Part shown: positions 11,888 through 23,435 of the stretch, in pieces
Position numbering within the stretch: the first letter of the stretch is position 1
Layout of the letters: each line of letters begins with the position of its first letter
Assembly (NCBI GenBank): GCA_043228905.1
Contig: JBHGNT010000263.1
Location: 1 to 43,408 of the forward strand
DNA from: Azolla caroliniana
Taxonomy: Eukaryota > Plantae > Polypodiophyta
Reading direction: 5' to 3'
DNA length: 43,408 bases
Notes under the pieces: generated by a model
Database searches by the model: none
What the model was told of the DNA's origin: nothing
What the model saw: the letters and a program-made list of their open reading frames with translations, nothing else
Translations under genes and position numbers: made by a program

Positions 11888-14800
11888 GGCCGAGTGATCG
11901 TCAAATAGATGAGGCTTCCGACAATCTGTTTGCCATCCCGAACTTGAAGAGCATATTCAACGCGTAATGACGCTGGCTAATCAATATGCCTTCAGGGGTA
12001 CGGATCGCTTCAATCTCGAGGAAGTAATGAAGGTCTCCGAGATCCTTCATTTCAAACGATGCCGCAAACTGAGACTTCACGCGGCAGATTTCGTCAAGAT
12101 CGGCACCGGCGATGACTAAATCATCAACGTACAAGAGCAGGATGAACGGTCCATATTGACCTTGCCGAACAAATAGAGAGGAGTCCGATTTTGACGGTGC
12201 AAACCCCATCCTACGCAACTGTTGCGTAATCTTTGCGTTCCAAGCTCGTGGGGCTTGCTTTAGTCCATATAAGGACTTCTTCAATCGGCAAACTACCGAG
12301 GTATTTTGCTTGGATAGAAATCCGGGGGGCTGTACCAAGTACACCTGCTCCTCAAGATCACCTTGCAGGAACGTGTTCTTTACATCCATCTTATGTAAGT
12401 GCCACTCGTTTGCAACAACTACCACAAGCAAAACATGGACGGTCGTCATCTTCGCGACCGGCGCAAACGTCTCATCATAGTCGATGCCGTGTTTCTGCAC
12501 GTAGCCTTTGGCTACTAACCGGGCTTTGTATCGGTTGACCAAGCCGTCAGTGTTGTACTTGACCTTGTACACCCACCTACATTTGATCGGCTTCACACCT
12601 TTCGGTGCGTCAACCAGGTCCCAAGTTTCATTCTCCGCCAATGTGCGCATGTCTTCCTCCATTGCGGCACGCCAATTCGCGTCCTTCACCACTTCTGCAT
12701 AGCTCTCCGGCTCACGCACTTCCGCTACACGGGTCATGTACGCATAGTGATGCGCCATGTACTCATTGTATCCGAACCGCACAACAAGGTTCTTTTGGCG
12801 GGTAGATCGGCGTACCTCGTGATTGCCCGATTTCACGACCTTTTCGGTCGATTTTGACCTCTTCCGTGGAGGTTCCTTTACGATTGGCTCGATGGCAGAT
12901 TCGCTTCGAACTTACTCGACGCTGCCGAAATCGTACTCCGACATTTTCTTCTTGCCCTTCTGCTTGTGCGTAAACCGTCTCCTCGGTTCTTTACGCGGGG
13001 ACATCACGGTTGAGTGTCCACTACTCGTCGTCTCATCATCTGGTTGGCCATCTCGGTCCAACCTCTCATTCGGCCCGCTTAGCCGAAATGAGATCGGACT
13101 CTCTCAGAGCTCCGACGTCCTCATCATGCGGAGGCATTTCAGCCTCGCTGATTTCTTTTTCAGAAATCAGAATAGAGTCATGAGGTTCTAGAGGAGAAGG
13201 CAGGTACCACGAAGCAGACTCGCGAACACGACGTCACGGCTTACACATACTTCCTTTGTTCGAGGGTTATAACACTTATACCCTTTCTGCTCATCTGAAT
13301 AGCCGACCAAGATACATTTCTCAGCTTTAGCATCCAGTTTCCTCCTTTTCTCCTTCGTCATGTGTGGCAAGTTTGGCTTCCGAAAATCCTCAAGTGTGCC
13401 AAGTTCGGCTTCTTCCCGAAATACAACTCATGTGGCGACACTCCTCCATTAGCAGAAGTCCGATTCTACAAGTAGACATCTGTCTTCACGGCTTCGACCC
13501 AATAGAATTTCGGCATATGCTTCTCTTCAAGCATTGCCCTAGCTGCTTCTTCAATCGTTGGATTCTTCCGCTCGGCTACGCCGTTCTGCTCTAGCGTATA
13601 TCTACACGAGAATTCGCGTCGAATTCCCTCCTTCTGTAGATAACTTGTGAACTGGTCGGAGAAGTACTCCTTCCTGCCATCGGACCGTAGGCATTTGATG
13701 TTGTGCCCTGTTTCTCTTTCCGCAAGGCTCTTCACCTTTAGGAAACATGCGAAGACTTCGCTCTTCTTCTCAATCATGCATGCCCACATGTACCAAGTGA
13801 AGTCATCGATGAAGGTTACAAAGTAATGGCTTCCATCGAGACTCACGTTCTGTGTCGGACCCCATACATCCGAATGGATCAAATTGAGCGGATTACGACT
13901 TTGATTATGCTCGTTGGGGAATGGAAGTCGGTGTTGTTTTCTCATCTGGCAGGCTTCGCAGACTTGGGCATTACGGCCCCGAAATTTCGGCAAACCAAAA
14001 ACAACGTTCTTTGTCTGCATCTCACGAAGCTACGGGAAATTTACGTGGCCGAACCGCTTGTGCCACAGGTCGATATCCGACTCGATCTTCTGTCCTTTTG
14101 CGAACATTGCGGTGCCCACATTATTGGTTCGAGGATAAACATCCTCCCTTCACAGCGCCCTTGCGCGATCACTTTGCCTTCCTCTTCGATGAAGCAGCCA
14201 AGATGCGTGAATCGAACTTGCATACCTTGGTCGACAATCTGTCCGACCGACACAAGGTTCTTTGTTACTGTCGGGACGTGCAACACGTTCATTAGCTTCC
14301 CTTTCTGCCCGACGTGGTTGAGGGGAACTTCGTCGACATGTTGGATGGTGTGGGGAGTGTCGTCTCCCATTTCGACCACTCCTTGTGATTCCGGTTTCTC
14401 CAAGTACGAGAACCACTCCTCGTGACTCATCATATGATTTGACGCTCCGGAATCCACATACCACACCTTGCTCGATTTCGAGGTGTTCACAGCCATTGAA
14501 TTGGCTTTATGCTTCATTACGAAGGCAGGGCCCGCTCCATTTCCGGCTCGTTCAGAGCCCTCAGCGTAATGCGATCTTTGACGCCTTCCTACATCTCTTC
14601 CGCTCGGTCCAGCTTTGTCCGAGTCAGCTCGCTTTTTCCAGCGCTCGCTCTCCTTGTGGCCTTTCTTGCCACAATACCAGCATTCCAACACGGCCTTCTC
14701 TTACCGTCTTTCGGCGCCGCCATGACTCCCCCTACTTCCGGAGGGTTCGGAATTGCTTCCGACATCTCGATTATGCCGTACATTCTGCTCTTTTCGGCCG

Positions 14801-15959
14801 CCTCCAATGCGCACCGATCCGCCTCGTTTACCATGACCACGGGGCCTATCATCCTCCGTGTAGAGCATCTTGGCACCCGCGTGGTTTTCTTCTACGAGCA
14901 ACATTGACTGAAACTCAAAAAACGAAGGCGTATTCTCCCTCCTGCAGACTGTCGTTCGGAAAGGTTCGAACTTTGACGCCAAGCCACCAAGACAAACCTG
15001 TACCATTTCATCTTCCTCGATGTTCACATTGACGGAGGCGAGAGAGTCGCAGATTTCTTTGATCTTGGTGGTGTAATCAGCCACCGACATATCTCTTTGT
15101 CATACATTACTGAGCTCCTATTTGAGCTTCAGCTTTCTGGCCGTTGTGCTGGCGGCAAAAATCCTTTTGAGATTCGCCCACGTGTCCTTCGGTGTCTTGG
15201 CATCCCGAATAAAGCTCAAAAGTTGATCGCTCACACAGGACGCGAAGCAGTACAACACTCTGCTTGCCGCTTGTTCCTAAGCCGGATAGTCCCTATGTGT
15301 CAAGTCAGGTGCCACATCGTTTGCTCCTTCGACATAACTCCAATAGCCATGGCTGATAAGGTACGAGTGCATCTTGTATGACCAAGATGCGTAGTTGCTT
15401 CTGTCAACCTTTTCAGTCGGAAGTGAGCTTCCCATTCCTTTGTCCATAGTATTGTCTTATTTCTTCCAAAAAGCAAGAACCTTCAGCTCTGTTTGACGCA
15501 ATGTTTTCTTGTCGGTTGTAGAGGACTTCAACCCTCGCGCTCTGATACCATGTAAAGGAATACGTTGTGCAGAAGCATGTGCGTAAGACACAGAGTACAC
15601 AGTTCGGTAAAACACAGAAAACGCAGAGATGGAAATGGAGGGGAAGACAAAGAGTGAGCAGATAACAGAAACTCAGATTCAAAAAATAATGCTCTATTTT
15701 GTACATACTTCATGCTCAGTGAGCACCTTATATACAAGCCCTGACAATCGGGCTGACACAAGTACTGACAGTACTTGACTGCTCATAAATGAGCCTCGAC
15801 ACTAACTCCCAAAATTATTCCTTATGAGGAATACCATACTAACGGTCTTTCGGTTTACGCATCGATACGACCACATTATGTGTACTATTTTACGCACCCA
15901 GTCTACGCACTGGGTTACGCACCGTATTACGCACTCAATGTTGAGCTTGTCACTCAACA
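11881..15959 (-). mobile_element. Copia-2: 5' LTR 15551-15959, Met PBS, gag, protease, integrase, RT; RNase H and 3' LTR lost
   Basis: PBS (GCTCTGATACCA on +) at 15539-15550. Knuckle CWYCGKKGHKESE, protease WYVDSGASNHM, integrase IHSDVWGP/FIDD/QNGVAER, RT YKARLVAKG, LKKSLYGLKQAPRAW and LLYVDD. Frameshifted. Confidence 0.95.
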
Positions 15960-17183
15960 GTTGGATTCCCCATATCTGAACCAAACAATCATTCACAAAG
16001 TTGTGTGAGCTTCCCAAATCAAACAAAAATTGTACGAGAGATCCATTGATATACCCGTTTGCACGTAGTAAATCATTGGGACCCAATACATAGTGAGGGA
16101 AAGAATATTGACAATTACTTAAATGATGTGTATAGACCTAAAGGACATTAGGAATCTGACCTTATGGTCTGCAGCTTTAGCTTTGTTGTCGTGCTCTTTT
16201 CGTTGGAGCTTTCGACATTGCTCTTTTGTATGACCCTTCTTTTTGCAGAATACACAAAAAGGATATTGTCGCTTACAATTGCGATACATGAATTCGTTGG
16301 GTGTCTTGCGTTTCCCAGCGAATTGCGACTGCTTAGTCCCAGGCACTTCGTTGGGTTTGTTGTGGTCCTTCTTCGAAGTGCGTTGATAGTGAAGAACTAT
16401 TTCAACGACCTCTTCGAAAGATTTTGGATCCTTATCATGCACTATCCAGTGATAGTCTGAATTGGGGATGCCATTGACAAAACAAGCTATTAACCAATTG
16501 TCTCCTTCTAGACCCGATTTTTGGATTTGGGTTCTAGCATGGTGGACATAGTCTTCTAGCGAGGAAAATTTCTTGCTAGAGAGGTTCATTAAAGTTTGTG
16601 TTGCCTCGGTTCGAGAGGGAGGTTGTAGAAATTGGCCTTTAAAAACTGTGACAAATTATGTCCAGGTATCGGGCAATTTCCCCAAAGTTCGGAGCCCACG
16701 CCACTAGGTGGCGGCCTTACCCCCTAGTTCTCGGCCGATATATGCAATCTTCGTACTATCTAGCGTGGGATAGAGCTCAAAATGAGACTCCTGTTGGTCC
16801 AGCCACGTGCAGATTGCTTCTTCGGTTATTTCCTTTTTTTCTCCCGTAAATGGCTTAACGACAAGCGATGGTTCACCCTGTCGCTCATCAGGTCTATTAG
16901 TCTCACGTTGTAAACTAATGACACATACCTCGAGAGTAGTTTGAGATTGCCGAAGTTCGGTCATCTGTTGAGCGGTGAAACTAAGGTATTTGCTTATTTG
17001 TGAAAAATACATCTCAATGGACATTTGTCGAGGAGGATTTCCTTGAGTTCCTTCCGATTGAGCGGATGACATCGGGTCATTATTTTGAGCCATTGAATCA
17101 TTATTTCTAGCAATGAAATAGGATAAGGTCAGACAAATAGTCATAACATCATGTCGTGATGTAAACATATCAAGGTCAAACAT
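15960..17183 (-). mobile_element. Gypsy-2 gag and protease remnant
   Basis: Gag with knuckle CVFCKKKGHTKEQC (ORF 16119-16589) and gypsy-type protease GYINGSLVQFLFDLGSSHNFV. Interrupted at 15960 by the Copia-2 LTR. Confidence 0.85.
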
Positions 17184-17538
17184 TAATCGATATCATGATC
17201 TCATGTCAATACCCCTCTAGACGTATGAGATGAGGTTGAAGATCAGGTTACTATGGTAACACAAAGGTGTTTTAAAAACCATGGGGATGACAAATTAATG
17301 TCTTTCCCTAATCTCTATATCGATTTTTTCATGGCGGCTCCCCGAGGCTCAACCATGTATGTTCGCGTCATGAATAGTTTATACACAAAAAAAATGTTAA
17401 CAATAAACTATGTTTCGGTGCCCAGATATGTAGTTTCGGCTCTTTAAGTCCAATTACGAGGACCCCGAAGTGCACTTAGACCTGAAGTCTAAACATGTGT
17501 TATAGTTTATATGTATCAACGGTGTTGTATGGTCTTGG

Positions 17539-17606
17539 TCATATTTGAACTCGAGACCTCACGAACAAATGCATTAAACACTTGATCCAACCAAGTAGGT
17601 TGCTCT
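17539..17606 (-). other. Possible tRNA-derived SINE head (decayed)
   Basis: A-box-like CCTACTTGGTTGG and B-box-like GAGGTCTCGAGTTCAAAT at tRNA-like spacing. No cloverleaf. Confidence 0.35.
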
Positions 17607-18287
17607 TCTTGAATGTTTAATATTTATGCGTATAAGAGATATGCGAGGCATTTACCCATATATGTTTTTTTAAAAGAAACATATATGTCAAGAGTCTTGA
17701 TTTCCCCCTCATTTACCTCAAACTTTGTTGGTACGTTACCTAACCTCAAGTCTTGTAATTACGATGGCATACTCAAATGAGCCCTCTTTTCGTAGTAGGC
17801 CCATGTGGCCCATCACATGGTTACGTCATTACGAATGCCTTTCGTAAGAATGATCTCATAGTGGCATCGCATCCATGTAATGAGGGAGGGATGTTAGATA
17901 TGTGTGTCATAAGAGCGACCTCACATCAAGTGGGTCAAGCCCTATGATCTCAACACCATTGTGGCTAAGATTATTTCATTACGTAATGAAATCTAAGTCA
18001 CCAATAAGGATGTCAACAATAAAAATTTGTTGAAAAGGGGATGGTGACAACGCCATTCTCACAAAAATGTGAGGACGGTCACCAAGATCCTTTCCCCAAA
18101 AAGGAAAACATTCGATATTTAAATCACATAATAACTTATATACACATATGTATATTATCACATATATACAATCAAATACATATACACGTGACCACATAGG
18201 CATATATAAAAGAAGTCGTAATATAAAATAGCCAGAAATGATGTAATCGAGATACGTAATCATATGCATACGACACCAAACACGTAA

Positions 18288-19052
18288 TGACCTCATACAC
18301 AAACGTAACATATGTTTCTGAACGTAATACGTAATTGAGGTATTAACCTCGTACGCATAATTAATTACCACTACAACATCATTGAATTAATGAAGAAAAA
18401 ATTACATATGACCATATACATGATTAGAAGAGAGAAGAAAAAATAGAAACAAAAAACAAGAAAGATTACCAAAGTTCCTTTGTTGATCGTTGTCTGGATC
18501 AAGGCTGACTGCACATCGATCGATCACCATCAATCAAGAAGACAAAAGACAACAAAAGAAACATTAGAACATGAGATTTGATGCCAACTATTAGAGATAT
18601 GATCTAATATAAGCGTATGATTAGGAGAAAAGAATGATAGATAGATAGATAGAAAGAAAGAAGAGAGAGAAAGAAGGGTGTCGATCCACCCGACCACCCC
18701 CGAGCGAAGGGATCGAGACGAACTTGAGCCTCGATCGGCGTCCCATACCACCGTCGTGGCATCGAGTCGTACCTGGTGTTGGCGCGCTCGCTATAAGAGA
18801 TGAACCACCATGAAACAGAGTCTCGGCGTAGTTAAAAGATGATGAAATGAGGGTAGATAGGCCTCTTATTTATAGTGATACCCAAGGCCCCCAAGCAAGT
18901 TCACACTTGGCCTAATGGGTTGTCTCAATCCCGAGGATTAAAAGTAATCCTCCCCTTCTTTACACTCTCGTTTAACCCTCACACATATCCACGTGTATAG
19001 AATACTACGGTAAATTCTCACCACGGGATATTATATGGTCATGCCTGTAACA
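18288..19052 (-). mobile_element. LTR-X copy 1: LTR 18589-19052, decayed Met PBS and 5' leader (leader may extend to ~17730 or further)
   Basis: Reverse-complement match to 22719-23435. LTR starts TGTTAC (19052). PBS TGGCATCAAATC at 18575-18586. Inserted at the end of the Gypsy-3 RNase H. Confidence 0.85.
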
Positions 19053-22000
19053 ATACACAATCAAGAAATCAAAGCATGTAAGAAATTGTGCCCAACTTGC
19101 CTGTCAACGATTTAAAACTCGAGCATTCTGGAAATATGTTAGGTACTTGTGATCATTATATACAATGATTTCATGGGGAGAACCTTCCAAAAAGTGGCGC
19201 CAATGCTCAAAAGAGTCTACAATAGCCAAAAGCTCCTTGTCGTGAATCTCATAATTAATTTCCACAGCTTCAAATTTCCGCGATCGAAAAGCAACTGGAT
19301 ATCATATCCCATTTTCTTTGGGTTGTGATAGGACACTCCCGACTGCAAAATCTGATGCATCAACTTCCAAAATAAAAGGTTTGTCTTGGTCAGCATGGAT
19401 CAAAATAGGAGATGATGTGAACGTATGTTTTAAGCTTTCGAATGCGTCAACAACACTAGAATTCCATATGAATGGTTGGTTTTTATGTGTTAATTGTGTA
19501 AGAGGCAACACCTTCTTTGAGTAGTTCCTGATGAATTGGTGGTAAAAATTCGCAAATATCAAGAAACATTGGACATCATGCATAGATTGTGGTGTTTCCC
19601 ACTCTATAATTGTTTACACCTTTGCTGGATCCATAGATATTCCTTCTGGTGATACTATGTACCCTAGGAATTCCACTTGATTGCGATCAAAAGTACATTT
19701 CTCAAGTTTAGCATAGAGACCATATTCTTGTAATCGTCGTAGAACTTGGTGTACATGCTCATCATGGTCTTCTTGAGTCTTGGAAAATATCAAGATATCA
19801 TCCAAATAAATGATGGTGAATATATCCAAGAAGTCTTGGAAAATATCATTGGCCATATGTTGAAAAACCGCATGAGCATTTGTAAGACCGAATGGCATAA
19901 CTGTATACTCAAAATGCCCATATCGAGTGTGAAATGCAGTTTTCCATTCATCAGTCAGACGAATTCGAACTAGATTATAAGCACCTCTAAGATCGATCTT
20001 TGTAAAGTATTTGGCTCCATTCAACCGCTCCAAAAGTGTTGATATTAAAGGCAAGGCATACCTGTTTCGAATTGTGATTTTGTTTAATCCTCGATAATCT
20101 ACGACCAAATGAAGCGATCCATCTTTCTCTTGGCAAAAAATATTGGTGCGCCAACAGGAGATTTGGAATGATGAATAAATCCAATAGCTAAATTTTCATC
20201 AATATAGTCGCGAAGAACCTTGAGCTCTACTGGTGATAAACTATAAATGGGTCCCCATGGTGGATCTTTTCCTGGCTGAAGATCAATAGGACAATCATAA
20301 GGTTGATGTTTTGGGAGTCTATCAACTTTGTCCTTATTGAAGACATCGTGGAATTCTTGATACTTGGTTGGAAGAAAGGTACTCGACTTTTGTTGAGTTG
20401 GTGTTGGCATTGTTATTATCGCAAATATAAACATTTCTTCTTTCTCTCCCTCTTTGCGTAAGTTTTCCAAAGATATTGTTGAGATCTGATGGCATTCTAA
20501 ATTTGGATTATAAGTAATAGGGAAATTTGATATATGGTTTTTCTTGGATTTTAGGATGACTCGTTTTCTCCAGTCAATATGGGGGTTGTGAAGCTAAAAC
20601 CAAGGTAGACCAAGGACAATCGGATGCTCTGGACTATGTATGATATTGAATAAGATGACACAAGCTAAATCACCAAGAACTACATGAAATGATTCAGACT
20701 CTTTAGTTATATTTCCAGAGGCAATGGGTCAACCATCTATTACTGTGACTGATACTGGACAATGCAATGGTTTTAATAAGATATTATGTGTCAAGGCAAA
20801 ATTTTGGTCCATGAAACAAGAGTTGGCTCCCGAATCTAAGAGAGCATATGTGAAGACCTGATGACATCTAGAGGTACTAAACTTGACATGTGCAACAAAA
20901 ACCCTATTAACTGGGTTCGATGAAATGGAACCATTACTATGGATTGACTCTACAAATTTTGGGTTGTCCAACCAAAGGGCTCCTATTTTGGCTAGATTTA
21001 CTTGTTTAACACCTCATCTAGTTGGCTAAGTACTTCAAAACGATTTGAAGGTATAGGGCTACTATGATTGCTAGATGTATTTGGAGAATCAAGATACAAT
21101 TTAGTGCTAGCACTTACTTGGTAAACTTGACGCCTAGGTCGATGGGGACAACTTATCGCTATATGTCCTGGACCACCACAATATAAACATAGGCAGTTCG
21201 CCCGACGTCTCTGCTTTTTAGCTTTTGTTAAAGGTCCTCGACAACGTGTAGAATCAATTTCCATTGGAGTAGGACCACTTATTGGGCTAGAAATAGGAAT
21301 CTGCATAGTTCCATATGTAGGTAGTGATGTTACCGATGCATATGTCTGCTCTGATCGAGGTTGAGACCATTGTTGATGCTTAGAGCGTCGCTCAAATAAT
21401 CGATTGTCACATCGTACAACTCGACTAATCGCCTCAGTAAGAGATTTTGGATCTTCATGAAAAGTGAGAAGCAAGTCTTTCACATCATTACGAAGTCCGT
21501 GACGAATTGATCCATCAATGCCTCTTCATCCCAAGGAATGTCACATGCAAGAAGGCGAAAATCAGCCGCATTGGCTGAGGCTGGGCACTCCCCTTGTCGC
21601 AACTTTTGAATCTTATTAATAATTGTTCTCATGCTATTAGTATCTCCAAAACAAGGTTGGAACTCTTTGATAAACTCATCAAAATTATCCAAAATAGGGC
21701 ACTTTTTCTCAAGTAACGACGCAAACCAAGCCAATGTTGTACCGGTTAATAGAGTTCCGACAAACCCTACTCGTGCCAAATATGTTGGATATCGAGTGGG
21801 ATGCATTTGAAATACTAGACGTACCTAATTTAGAAATCCTCGAAATTGTGATCGAGTACCATTAAACTTCAACGAGAGACTTATCTTGGGTTCTTTTGTC
21901 GAATCCGGTGCTTGTAATGCTTGTTGTCACAATATTATTAATGCCACTTCAAGTTGGTGAACCCTTTGAGTTAATTCCTCCTGTTGTTGAGCTTTCTCGA

Positions 22001-22337
22001 CATTCACTTGTTATAAATCCCCGAGCTGCCTTTGATTCTCTTGCTCCAAGGCCATGAACTTGGTGTTCAAACATTCAAGTTCACCTAGAGCGCGCATATA
22101 TTCTTGTTCACTTACTGCTGCCATGGTTATGAGAAGATAGGATGAGAAGTTCCTTGGAAAAAAAGATTACAATGAAGAAGGTTAGGGATTCTGGTTCAAA
22201 CTGTCTGGGCCGTAGCCAAAGACAAGTTTAAAAGGAAGAAAAGAATGAGAAAGCATGCCACTTGGCATTCATGCAAGCAGGACACTTGGTAATCATGCGT
22301 TAGCCTTTGCGGTAGCAACAATTCACACTATTAGACA
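19053..22337 (-). mobile_element. Gypsy-3 (Tcn1/Ty3-like, PEG10/RTL1-like protein motifs): gag, protease, RT, RNase H; right boundary uncertain
   Basis: Gag LRQG..SANAADFRLLA, PTPMEID and CLYCGGPGHIAISC. Protease [32 protein letters not shown] and [10 protein letters not shown]. RNase H DASDFAVGSVL and [10 protein letters not shown]. Likely LTR edge TGTCTGGG at 22202. Integrase not present. Confidence 0.93.
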
Positions 22338-22384
22338 TGTTTCTTCCTGTAATATAAGAATTTACAATTTAATAAATGTAATAT

Positions 22385-22446
22385 GATGTATCCTAGTGGT
22401 TAAAGTTACACATTATCTATGAAGAGGTCATGGGTTCAAATCCTTA
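22385..22446 (+). other. Possible tRNA-derived SINE head or tRNA pseudogene
   Basis: A-box-like TATCCTAGTGGT at 22389 and canonical B-box GGTTCAAATCC at 22433-22443. Confidence 0.45.
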
Positions 22447-22479
22447 TTACAAGTCTTGGAGTTTTGGTATATTTTCATG

Positions 22480-22718
22480 ACATTATGGGGACAACCGAAT
22501 ATCCCAAAATCAACGTCGAATGGACAAAACCGAATAAGACGATCATCGACCACCACCAAATAACAATCGGAGGGATAATCGTCAACTGCATTGAGATACG
22601 AGGCAATATCAATACAATCCTTGGATCCGGAGGGCCCGGAAATGCAACCATAGTTGCACACACAACACCAATAGAGCAAGGAGAATCTAGTGCAGCGGCG
22701 GGATTCCAATGTTTTACT
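22480..22718 (+). mobile_element. Probable gag nucleocapsid fragment of another LTR element
   Basis: N/R/Q-rich stretch (PPPNNNRRDNRQ) followed by GFQCFT, resembling the start of a CCHC knuckle cut by the LTR at 22719. Confidence 0.35.
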
Positions 22719-23435
22719 TGTTACAAGCATGACTATATAATATCCCGTGTGAGAATTTACCGTAGTATTCTATACACGTGGATAAAGTGTGAGGGTTAAA
22801 CGAGAGTGTAAAGAAGGGGAGGATTACTTTTAATCCTCGGGATTGAGACAACCCATTAGGCCAAGTGTGAACTTGCTTAGGGGCCTTAGGTCTGGCTATA
22901 AATATGAGGCTTCGCTACCCTCATTGGACACATTATCAGCCACGTCGAGACTCTGACAATTTGGTGGGTCAACTCTTGTAGCGAGCGTGCCAGCACCAAG
23001 TATGACTTGACGCCACGACGATGGTATGGGACGTTGATCGAGGCTCGAGTTCATCTCGATCCCTTCGCTCGGGGGTGGTTGGGTGGATCGACACCCTTCT
23101 TTCTCTCTTTCCTTTCTTATTTATCTATCTTTTATCCTTATCATATGCTTACATTATATCTTAACTCTAACCATTGGTATCCGAGCCATGTTTATAATGC
23201 TTCTTTTGGTAATTGTTTTTTTCTTGTTGGATGGCGATCGATCGATGTACGATCAAGCTTGATCCAGATAGCTATCAACAAAGGAACTTCGGTAACTCTT
23301 TCTTCTTCTTTTTCTATTTTTTCTTCTCCCAATTTAATCATGTATAGTTAATGTGTGTTTGCTTTCAATGATTCAATGATGTTGTAGTGGTAATTAATTG
23401 GTTGTATATAACGTTTACATATGTGTATGAGGTCA
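22719..23435 (+). mobile_element. LTR-X copy 2: LTR 22719-~23172, Met PBS 23175-23188, truncated leader
   Basis: TGTTAC start, TATA CTATAAATA at ~22896, PBS TGGTATCCGAGCCA. Inverted homologue of 18288-19052. Confidence 0.88.

Noticed and set aside
12233-15381. Long plus-strand ORFs (e.g. 13826-14425, 14385-15032)
   Set aside because: Antisense shadows of GC-rich Copia-2 coding sequence.
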